38,448 bases of DNA from a virus (lineage: Duplodnaviria; Caudoviricetes): IMG/VR virus record IMGVR_UViG_3300037313_000254, positions 1 through 38,448 of that record, one strand, 5' to 3'. A program made the position numbers and the translations under genes. Each line of letters begins with the position of its first letter. The stretch's first letter is position 1. Shown here piece by piece: positions 23,070-30,001 of the stretch. The notes under the pieces were generated by a model that was not told the DNA's origin, ran no database searches, and was given only the letters and a program-made list of their open reading frames with translations.

Positions 23070-23458
23070 GCCGCACCTTCGTTCTTCGCGCCCCCGAACA
23101 CGGCCACGCCCTCGTTGATTATTTGAAGGCGATTGCAGGGCCTGCTGCGGCTGCTGGGAGGCCTCTTGTAGTCGAGGTAGGTGAGTACAACCAGCGCCGC
23201 AGCAGCGAGCAGAACCGGCTTCTATGGGCCTTGCTGACCGATATTTCAGAACAGGTCGAACTGGAAGGCAAGCGCTTCAGCAAGGAGGCCTGGTATGCCC
23301 ACTACAGGGATCTTTACGCCCCTAAGGAAGACGGCCCGCGCGGCCTGGTGCCGATCGGTACGAGCCAGATGAACAAACAGCAGTTCGCAGAGTTCGTCCA
23401 GCGCGTGGAAGTGAACGCGGTGTCAGAACTCGGTGTCGAGTTTGCGGCAGCAATTTAA
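23066..23458 (+). CDS. ninB: NinB/Orf recombination mediator
   Basis: RSSEQNRLLWALL.DISEQV...G......W and TSQMNK.QF.EF motifs. Confidence 0.87.
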   Translation: MSRTFVLRAPEHGHALVDYLKAIAGPAAAAGRPLVVEVGEYNQRRSSEQNRLLWALLTDISEQVELEGKRFSKEAWYAHYRDLYAPKEDGPRGLVPIGTSQMNKQQFAEFVQRVEVNAVSELGVEFAAAI

Positions 23459-23470
23459 TCGGAGAAAACA

Positions 23471-24007
23471 ATGGGACTTGATGCAACGGCATACCGACAA
23501 CTCAAAAAGATCGACTGCGTTTTCGACTCCAGCGGTGAGCCGATCAACCCAGAGACGCGCGAGCCGATCGAGGAATATTTCCGAGCGTACCTAAATTCTG
23601 ATTTCCCGGGTCGTGCAGACGATCTTGAGGATAGCGGCATCTACAGTTACGTAGATGCAGATGAAGCCTACTCAGGCGGATATGGACGATATAACGGATG
23701 GCGTGAAGCGCTCGCGAAGTTAGCTGGTTATCCGACTGTCCCTGTCGATCGGTACAAGACCGGAAACGTCGAGCATCGTCACGACTATGCAGCATGGCAG
23801 CGCGAGGAAGGCCCGTTTTGGGAACTGATCTGTTTCAGTGACTGTGAAGGCGTCATTGGTGCGACCGTGAGCGCCAAGCTCGCAAAGGACTTCGCCGAGT
23901 TCGACGAACGCGCGAAAGCCGTTGGCGATTCGTTCTACGAGACCTATCAAGTCTGGCGGAACGCATTCGAAATGGCTTCTGACGGCGGCGCAGTCGCCTT
24001 CCACTAA
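23471..24007 (+). CDS. Conserved phage hypothetical protein (178 aa)
   Basis: GGAG SD; MGLD...PFWELI.FSDCEG.IG...AKLAKDF. Confidence 0.8.
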   Translation: MGLDATAYRQLKKIDCVFDSSGEPINPETREPIEEYFRAYLNSDFPGRADDLEDSGIYSYVDADEAYSGGYGRYNGWREALAKLAGYPTVPVDRYKTGNVEHRHDYAAWQREEGPFWELICFSDCEGVIGATVSAKLAKDFAEFDERAKAVGDSFYETYQVWRNAFEMASDGGAVAFH

Positions 24008-24061
24008 GGCATAAGTGTAGGCACTCGCGCGGAGATCTCCGACGCGCAGGCTCATCGTGTT

Positions 24062-24093
24062 GGGGGCGGTTCGAAAGTCCCGCCCTCCTTTTT
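24062..24093 (+). terminator. Probable terminator within the PL operon
   Basis: GGGGGCGG/CCGCCCTC stem followed by CTTTTT. Confidence 0.6.
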
Positions 24094-24103
24094 CGAGATT
24101 GAC

Positions 24104-24541
24104 ATGACCACAAAATGCGCCGGCCTTAACTGCCGATTCCCCGAAGAGAACCACTCGCCCGAGTGCATAGCGGAGCATGCGGCTAGTGCTGCGGGCGGGA
24201 GGTTTGTGCCTTCCGCGATGGACGCTAGCGGGCAGAAGCTGACGTACCCTGAGCCTGCCTATAGCTGGTTACCCATTGAGTCCGCCCCTCGCGATGGTTC
24301 GAACATTCTGATCCGGTTCGGCCGAGACGGTGTTTCGCAAGCGAAGTATGTCGCCGGCACTCCGTTTCCATGGAAGTTCATCGACACGCACGACGGCATC
24401 ACTTGGATGATCAACACGGCGCGCGATGGCGAATACGGGCCTTCTCACTGGATGCCCTTGCCGTCTGCCGTTGGACCCGAACCCGACCCACGCGCCTCTA
24501 GCGCCACAGCCAGCGACAACGCTGATAAGGAACAGTCATGA
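24104..24541 (+). CDS. DUF551-like protein
   Basis: WLPIESAPRDG...PSHWMPLP. Confidence 0.75.
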   Translation: MTTKCAGLNCRFPEENHSPECIAEHAASAAGGRFVPSAMDASGQKLTYPEPAYSWLPIESAPRDGSNILIRFGRDGVSQAKYVAGTPFPWKFIDTHDGITWMINTARDGEYGPSHWMPLPSAVGPEPDPRASSATASDNADKEQS

Positions 24542-24789
24542 GTGACGAAGTTCGCCTGTACTACATGCGCGATAACCACACGTTCAAGCGGTTGACCGGA
24601 CATGTTGACGAGATGATGGCGCAATGTATGGCCGATTTCGACGATGGCTTTAGCGGCGGAATGCTTTGCACGAAGAGTATTCCAGACATGGGGACTGTCC
24701 ACGCACACGGCCCGTCAGAGCGAGATCAATTCATGACGGCTGCCAGAAAATGGCTGACGGCCGCTTATGTTAGGAGCAACCAACCGTGA
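24538..24789 (+). CDS. Hypothetical protein
   Basis: AAGGA SD; overlap-coupled on both sides. Confidence 0.7.
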   Translation: MSDEVRLYYMRDNHTFKRLTGHVDEMMAQCMADFDDGFSGGMLCTKSIPDMGTVHAHGPSERDQFMTAARKWLTAAYVRSNQP

Positions 24790-25538
24790 CCGACAACGCC
24801 AATCCTCATGACCTTATCGCTCTCCTGCGCACGTTCATCGGAGATACGCAGATCGTGCGAGCTGCGCGAGCGGCGGCTGACATGCTCGAAGAACTATCGA
24901 CGTGCAAACTGTGTCGCTCGACCGGACATGACACACCCTGCGCCTATCCGACTGAAATCAACCGGCAACAGGCGAAGCGCATCGCGGAACTGGAAGCGCG
25001 AAGCGATCTATTGAAGTTCATCCCGACGAGCGCCGACCAGATGATCGAGTTCATCGGCCCACACTTCAACTCAGTCAGCCCTGTTGGCGACGATGGGAAA
25101 CTTACTGGCGATCTTGAGAGCGTTACATTCTCGCTCACCGTCCACGACCTGCTGAGCGCCTTCGAATGGAGCAACCTTGGACCGGATGAGGTTGCTGCTG
25201 TCGCAGGGGCGCAGCCTGAATGCCAAGCATGCGGCGACAGCATCACGACGCATGATCCGGGCATATGCGGCAACTGTTTTGCGATGAAGTATCGGGACAG
25301 TTCGGTGGCGAAGGATGCGGAGGTATGGCGCAGCCTTCTGTCGATGCTGATTCGCGAGATCCAGCAACGTTATCGACGTGACGATAATCCAAACGCGCCG
25401 GGGCACGGACACTTGAGGCCTGGCATATGGGACAACGACAACGGATCATTGTCGGGGACGCAATGCGCATGGTGCGCTATCTGGAAAGAGGCCAAAGCCT
25501 CCCTCGCCGCATCCGAACCAAAGAACACGGGGAACTGA
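24786..25538 (+). CDS. Mosaic hypothetical protein with several CxxC motifs
   Basis: AGGAG SD, GTG start; CKLC, CQAC/CGNC and CAWC motifs. Confidence 0.7.
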   Translation: MTDNANPHDLIALLRTFIGDTQIVRAARAAADMLEELSTCKLCRSTGHDTPCAYPTEINRQQAKRIAELEARSDLLKFIPTSADQMIEFIGPHFNSVSPVGDDGKLTGDLESVTFSLTVHDLLSAFEWSNLGPDEVAAVAGAQPECQACGDSITTHDPGICGNCFAMKYRDSSVAKDAEVWRSLLSMLIREIQQRYRRDDNPNAPGHGHLRPGIWDNDNGSLSGTQCAWCAIWKEAKASLAASEPKNTGN

Positions 25539-25539
25539 C

Positions 25540-26013
25540 ATGGTATCCAGAAAGATCAAGCCAGTTTTGGCGAAGAATATGAATCTCGTCCAGGAAGCCA
25601 TCAAGGACGGCGGCAAATATTCGATCCTCGACATAGCTTTTTCGACTGGACTTTGCCGGCCGACCGTTGAGCGAGCGATGCATTTTCTTCATGCTGCCGC
25701 GCAGGTTCATATATGCGACTGGGGACGGGTAACCGAATGCAATCTTTTCAAGATTTATACCATCGGCCCCGGGAAAGACGCTGATCGCCCACCGCCGCTA
25801 CCCAAGAGCGAGGCGAACAAGCTATACAAATTGAGACGTCGATTGATCAACCAGAAAGCGAAACTCGATGCAGAGCTTGCGAAACCAGCTTTCCGCCATC
25901 CTCAGGACATAGCTCTGTTCGGTGACTGCAAAACTCCCCTTTCCAGGGAAGATGCATTCAAGGTCCACCGCCACTACATCACGATCGATGAAGACGAACT
26001 TGAAGCCGCTTGA
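25540..26013 (+). CDS. Winged-helix-like hypothetical protein
   Basis: SILDIAFSTGLCRPTVERAM..LH....VHICDW...Y..GPGKDA..P. Confidence 0.7.
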   Translation: MVSRKIKPVLAKNMNLVQEAIKDGGKYSILDIAFSTGLCRPTVERAMHFLHAAAQVHICDWGRVTECNLFKIYTIGPGKDADRPPPLPKSEANKLYKLRRRLINQKAKLDAELAKPAFRHPQDIALFGDCKTPLSREDAFKVHRHYITIDEDELEAA

Positions 26014-26186
26014 GGGTTTTAGCACCAACACCCTTGGAGAAAGGGAGCACGAGGGCTTGAGGCTTTATGCCCTCGTCGTTGATGGGTTTCGAGTTTGTTG
26101 AGAAACCCACAGACAGTATGTTAGCACTGCTTTTTTAGTCAACCCTCGCGGAGCCTTATTAGACAAGGCTTCAACCCTCTTGACAA

Positions 26187-26207
26187 TACTGGGTAAGGGT
26201 TTGCGGG
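26187..26207 (+). repeat. 21-bp direct repeat shared with attP (27604-27624); probable Xis/accessory binding site
   Basis: TACTGGGTAAGGGTTTGCGGG versus TACTGGATAAGGGTTTGCGGG. Confidence 0.7.
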
Positions 26208-26266
26208 GCGTTGTAAGAAAAAAATAAGCTTTACAACATTGTCAAAGATAAATCGGAGTTGGAAAA

Positions 26267-26485
26267 GTGAAAATCCGTCTCGATGAATGGCTCAAGCGAA
26301 ATTTCGACCCGCCGCCCGCGATCCGCACGGCTCGCCTGTGGATCAACGCGGGCAAGATCTATCCGCCGCCCGTCAAGGTCGGTCGCTCGTATTACGTCGA
26401 GCAAAATGCTGTGTTTCAAGACGGCATAGCCCGCCACTCACTCATCAAACGGATAGCAGAACATGGCAGCAAGACCGAGAATTAG
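26267..26485 (+). CDS. xis: Excisionase (lambda Xis family)
   Basis: L.EW.......P...T.R.W...GKIYPPPVK.GR.Y.V..NA; overlaps the int start as in lambda. Confidence 0.9.
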   Translation: MKIRLDEWLKRNFDPPPAIRTARLWINAGKIYPPPVKVGRSYYVEQNAVFQDGIARHSLIKRIAEHGSKTEN

Positions 26486-27566
26486 AAAACGTGCCAACTG
26501 GCCGGATAACCTTCATGAATCGAAGCCGGGCTATTACACGTACCGACATCCCATCACGAAGAAAATCCACGCACTCGGTCGCATTCCGTTGGCGCAGGCC
26601 ATATACGAGGCCCAACAGATAAATTTCGAGATTGCGCAGGTTGTGCCAAGAAAGACTTTGGCCGAAAAGATCAGCGCGCATACGAGCGCACAAGCGGTAA
26701 AGGAGACGATCTCCGATCTGTTGAAGAAGATGCCGACGACTGGGGTCAAGGAATCGACAATCAGCCATCGCAAGTATCGGGACCGTTTCATCGAGAAGGA
26801 ACTCGGCGCTGTCCCGTGCGCCGAGCTGACGACGAAGCATATCGCCGACATGCTTGAAAAGATCGAGGCCGAAGGCAAGATGCAGTGGGCCGTCCAGATC
26901 CGCAGCCGCATGAAGGCGATATGCCGCCGGGGCAAAGCGCTCGGCTGGATGAAGGAGAACCCGGCCGACGATACCGAGCGCGCCAAGGTGACGGTGCGCC
27001 GCAAGCGCATGTCGTTCGAGGTCTTCAAGGCGACGCTTGAAAAGGCGCCCGAGGTGGCAGTGTGGCTGCCAAACGCGATGCTGCTCGCGCTGGTATCCGG
27101 ACAGGATCTGTCGACGGTGGGTCGCTGGGAGCGGTCGTTTCAGGAAGACGGCTACGCGGTACTGACGCGCGGCAAGACGGGCGTGCGCATCGCGATCCCG
27201 CTCGAACTGCGCATGAATGCCGTCGGCCTGTCACTCGCCGATGTCATCGCGCGGTGCCGCACTACTGGCGTCGTCAGCAAATACCTGATCCACCACGTCC
27301 GTGGCAACGTCCGGGCGCCAAAAGGCTCGCCGATCAAGCTCAAGACGATATCTGAGAAGTTTCTGGAGGCGCGCCGGCTGGCTGGATACCGGGACGAAAC
27401 CGATCCGACGTGGCACGAAATCCGCAGCCTTTCGAAGCGGCTCTACATGGAACAAGGCGGCGTCGATACGAAGGCGCTGCTCGGTCACATGACGGATGCG
27501 ATCGCGGATATGTACGCCAATTCGCGCGGTCTGGAACCGATGAAAGTCCGTATCAATATCGGATGA
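26463..27566 (+). CDS. int: Lambda-type tyrosine integrase (first catalytic Arg replaced)
   Basis: Arm-binding N-terminus (R..R...PDNL....GYY.YRHP.T), KTG, HEIRSL, LLGH and catalytic Y present. Box I reads SGQDL instead of TGQR. Confidence 0.9.
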   Translation: MAARPRIRKRANWPDNLHESKPGYYTYRHPITKKIHALGRIPLAQAIYEAQQINFEIAQVVPRKTLAEKISAHTSAQAVKETISDLLKKMPTTGVKESTISHRKYRDRFIEKELGAVPCAELTTKHIADMLEKIEAEGKMQWAVQIRSRMKAICRRGKALGWMKENPADDTERAKVTVRRKRMSFEVFKATLEKAPEVAVWLPNAMLLALVSGQDLSTVGRWERSFQEDGYAVLTRGKTGVRIAIPLELRMNAVGLSLADVIARCRTTGVVSKYLIHHVRGNVRAPKGSPIKLKTISEKFLEARRLAGYRDETDPTWHEIRSLSKRLYMEQGGVDTKALLGHMTDAIADMYANSRGLEPMKVRINIG

Positions 27567-27776
27567 GTTTTACCCGAGTTTTGCCCGCTTGTTGCCCGCC
27601 ACTTACTGGATAAGGGTTTGCGGGCGATGGTCGGAGCCGAAGTGGTAGAGGCTTTGAAAATCTACGTAACCCAATACCAGCAAGGATTTCAGCCGATTTA
27701 ACGGGGCGTTTTCGGGCTGCAAAAACGTCCTATTGCGTCGTATACAAATCAATGACTTACCTAGCGGTTTTGCCCG
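27567..27776. other. attP
   Basis: Three tandem arm-type sites at 11-bp period (GTTTTACCCG 27567, GTTTTGCCCG 27578, TTGTTGCCCG 27589) and a fourth at 27767. IHF consensus AATCAAnnnnTTA at 27747-27759. Core not identified. Confidence 0.8.
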
Positions 27777-27845
27777 CTGGTGTAATATCCGGCAACTGAT
27801 AGAAATTGAAAGTCGGAAAACCGGCTGATCCAGAGGGCATGAAAT

Positions 27846-28046
27846 ATGAACCTAGCCATGCGTGCCTGCAAAGCAATCAGGACGTTTTTCCACGGCGAGC
27901 CGCGACCTGGGACGTTTGCTTATGAGCGAGGATACAAGTCCGCGAAGGATGACACCAACCCATACCATGCCGAAACGCGTGAGTGGCGCGAGTGGGAGCA
28001 GGGTCGTGAAGATGCCGCAATGGATATTGAAGCCCGCGCTTGGTGA
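27846..28046 (+). CDS. Small RMF/CrpP-fold-like protein (moron)
   Basis: AYERGY.SA....NPY......EWREW.QG.EDA resembles the RMF pattern A.QRGY.AG......CPY......W..GW. GAGGG SD; convergent with the late operon. Confidence 0.6.
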   Translation: MNLAMRACKAIRTFFHGEPRPGTFAYERGYKSAKDDTNPYHAETREWREWEQGREDAAMDIEARAW

Positions 28047-28061
28047 GCGCGGGCGTAGCGA

Positions 28062-28736
28062 TCAGCGGACGCGACGAGCGCGAATAAAACCGGTTGCCAC
28101 ACAGGAAGCTCCTGTATAAACGGCTTCCGCGACCAGATAGACTGTCGTCGTACTCGTTAGAGAAATGCGCTGGATTGGCGCGATTACGCCCGCCGCGGTG
28201 GTTGAAGGCGCGCTAATTCCGCCCATAAACGAATAGAATCCTGACGCGGGTAACGTGGCGGATGTCGTGCTTATACCTCCTAACGCGGCAGTCACGGTGG
28301 CCCCACTGCCGGCCTGATACTGAACATACCCGGTTACATCCCAATCTCCCGCAGTTAAGCTTATGCTTACCGCATTCGTTGGGGTTGCGTTCGTCACAGA
28401 CACGCTTGGGAACCCCTGCTGCACAAATTCTCCGATACTGCCGGCATTTGCATTGTTGTTGGTGGTCGTGCCGACAATGCCACCGGTTTGAGATGGTGTA
28501 ATAGTTGAGCTGAAGGTCTGAGACCCGGTCCAGGTGTTGTTACCACTCAGCGATGGCGCACCGGTCACGTTAGCAACCGGGATATTCCCCCATGCTGGTG
28601 CATTGCCGGGCCCGCTGGATACGATCGTTTGACCCGATGTCGACCCAGTCGGGTTCAGCAACTGCACCGGCACCGTCGTCGCGCCGAATGCGATCGAAGC
28701 GGTGAGAGCGATAATCGCAGCAAAGAGTTTCTTCAT
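28062..28736 (-). CDS. Signal-peptide-bearing fibre-like protein (224 aa)
   Basis: GGAG SD, ATG at 28736. MKKLFAAIIALTASIAFG|A signal; NTWTGSQTF fibre repeat; SISLTAGDWDV.G...TTTVYLV...IRARRVR tip domain. Confidence 0.75.
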   Translation of the reverse strand: MKKLFAAIIALTASIAFGATTVPVQLLNPTGSTSGQTIVSSGPGNAPAWGNIPVANVTGAPSLSGNNTWTGSQTFSSTITPSQTGGIVGTTTNNNANAGSIGEFVQQGFPSVSVTNATPTNAVSISLTAGDWDVTGYVQYQAGSGATVTAALGGISTTSATLPASGFYSFMGGISAPSTTAAGVIAPIQRISLTSTTTVYLVAEAVYTGASCVATGFIRARRVR

Positions 28737-28737
28737 G

Positions 28738-28977
28738 TCATTCTCCGTCAGGAATAACGGCGTCGTCGCCGATGGTTGATGTGAGTGCGTTATCGCAGTG
28801 GCCCGGATTGATGCGGTTGAGGACAAGGCACAGCAGGCAACCCCATTTGCGACCCGCGTTGCGCGCTTTCGCCGCGCGCTCGCTGATGGTTTCATTTGGC
28901 GAGCCGCCGAACACGGTATTCGCCGCCTCATCGAGTAGAACGGCGTAATTGAGCAGATAGCGTCCTATCTTGTTCAT
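28738..28977 (-). CDS. Conserved lysis-cassette hypothetical protein (79 aa)
   Basis: LD..AN..FGG.P.ETIS.RA.K......W...LC..L..I.P.HC motif; coupled to the 3TM holin. Confidence 0.75.
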   Translation of the reverse strand: MNKIGRYLLNYAVLLDEAANTVFGGSPNETISERAAKARNAGRKWGCLLCLVLNRINPGHCDNALTSTIGDDAVIPDGE

Positions 28978-29381
28978 TTGCTGACCCCTTTCACGCGCTC
29001 AAAAGAGTGCAGACCGCCAAGCCCGAGCATGCCGAGCAGGACAGGCATCATTTCGGATAGGTCAGCGGCGCTCATATTGACGGGATGCCCGAGCATCGAC
29101 AGCGCGAATTTAGCGACGGGCAAGCCGATCCAGTTCCATGCGCAGCCAGCTCCGCATACCCAACCGATGAACGGGCGCCATCCCGCAACGAAGCTGCTTT
29201 CATTCGCGGCTTCAGTTTTGTTGATCTCCAGTTGGCCAGTGATCTGCGCAAGTTCACCCGTCTGCTGAAGTTGGAGCAATTGCAGCTTTGCTTGCGCAGC
29301 CTGAGCAGGATCGGGCCAAACACGGTCGATGACCTGGCCGACGACGTTCGTTACTGCGGTGATTGGATCGAAAGCAGCCAT
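28974..29381 (-). CDS. GTA-type 3TM holin family protein
   Basis: IDRVWPDP...QLEINK.EA...S.FVAGWRPFIGW...LLGMLGLGGL.SFE..KG. Confidence 0.82.
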   Translation of the reverse strand: MAAFDPITAVTNVVGQVIDRVWPDPAQAAQAKLQLLQLQQTGELAQITGQLEINKTEAANESSFVAGWRPFIGWVCGAGCAWNWIGLPVAKFALSMLGHPVNMSAADLSEMMPVLLGMLGLGGLHSFERVKGVSK

Positions 29382-29382
29382 G

Positions 29383-29829
29383 TCATTCCCCTGTTTCCAT
29401 CATCTTTGCGAGTCGTTGCGCGCGCGCGCCGACCTGCGATGCCCACGCGGAATTCAACATGCCCTGCGCAGCGTCATCCCAACGGCCCTGACGCATCGCG
29501 GCGAGCGTGTTCTTGAAGCCAGAAAGTTTGCTCATGCCCAGGTTGAAGCACATATTGCAGATGACCCGTTGACGGACATCGTTAAGATCAGCCCACCATG
29601 AAAGATCTCGGTCAAGATCGTGAAATACGTTCTGGAGATCGCCGTCGAGCAACCCATCGACTTGCGAATCAGTGAGCGGATAAGACCATCCTTCAGGCAA
29701 CGGAATCGCTTGCAGATTGTGGCCTACGCCGACCGTCGGAATGCCTTTCGTGTCCAGATACGGAACATATCTGACACCTTCGTCGAATCGAAGCTCTTCG
29801 ACGAGTTGCGCTTTGTTTTCAGGAGTCAT
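29383..29829 (-). CDS. Endolysin, GH24 T4-type lysozyme
   Basis: Catalytic E-x8-D-x5-T (DEGVRYVPYLDTKGIPTVGVGH), NMCFNLG and S.WA.QVG.RA.RL. Confidence 0.93.
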   Translation of the reverse strand: MTPENKAQLVEELRFDEGVRYVPYLDTKGIPTVGVGHNLQAIPLPEGWSYPLTDSQVDGLLDGDLQNVFHDLDRDLSWWADLNDVRQRVICNMCFNLGMSKLSGFKNTLAAMRQGRWDDAAQGMLNSAWASQVGARAQRLAKMMETGE

Positions 29830-29990
29830 TTCTTGATCACCTTTTCATAGACAAACCAGATGATTTGCATCCCCGTGTAAATGGCAGTTAGAGCCATCAC
29901 GACATGCGGTAAGTCAACCCCCGCGAGCCATGCAGCGGACACGGAAACAGAAGGCGCGGTCTTGGCTGCGCTTGCCACTGCATCGTTCAT
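29826..29990 (-). CDS. Small holin (54 aa, T7 class II-like)
   Basis: Not in the ORF track. MNDAVASAAKTAPSVSVSAAWLAGVDLPHVVMALTAIYTGMQIIWFVYEKVIKK; GGGG SD; ATGA overlap with the endolysin. Confidence 0.75.
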   Translation of the reverse strand: MNDAVASAAKTAPSVSVSAAWLAGVDLPHVVMALTAIYTGMQIIWFVYEKVIKK

Positions 29991-30001
29991 AGAAATCCCC
30001 G

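Noticed and set aside
24008-24060. Riboswitch (c-di-GMP-I-like) before the terminator
   Set aside because: A CGCG-CGGA/TCCG-CGCG hairpin is present, but the GGCAAA, GNRA and GACGCAAAGC consensus elements are not matched.
27628-27637. att core equal to a tRNA 3' end (reverse complement GCTCCGACCA)
   Set aside because: Only 10 nt, and it does not continue into a T-arm. The core cannot be assigned without the host attB.
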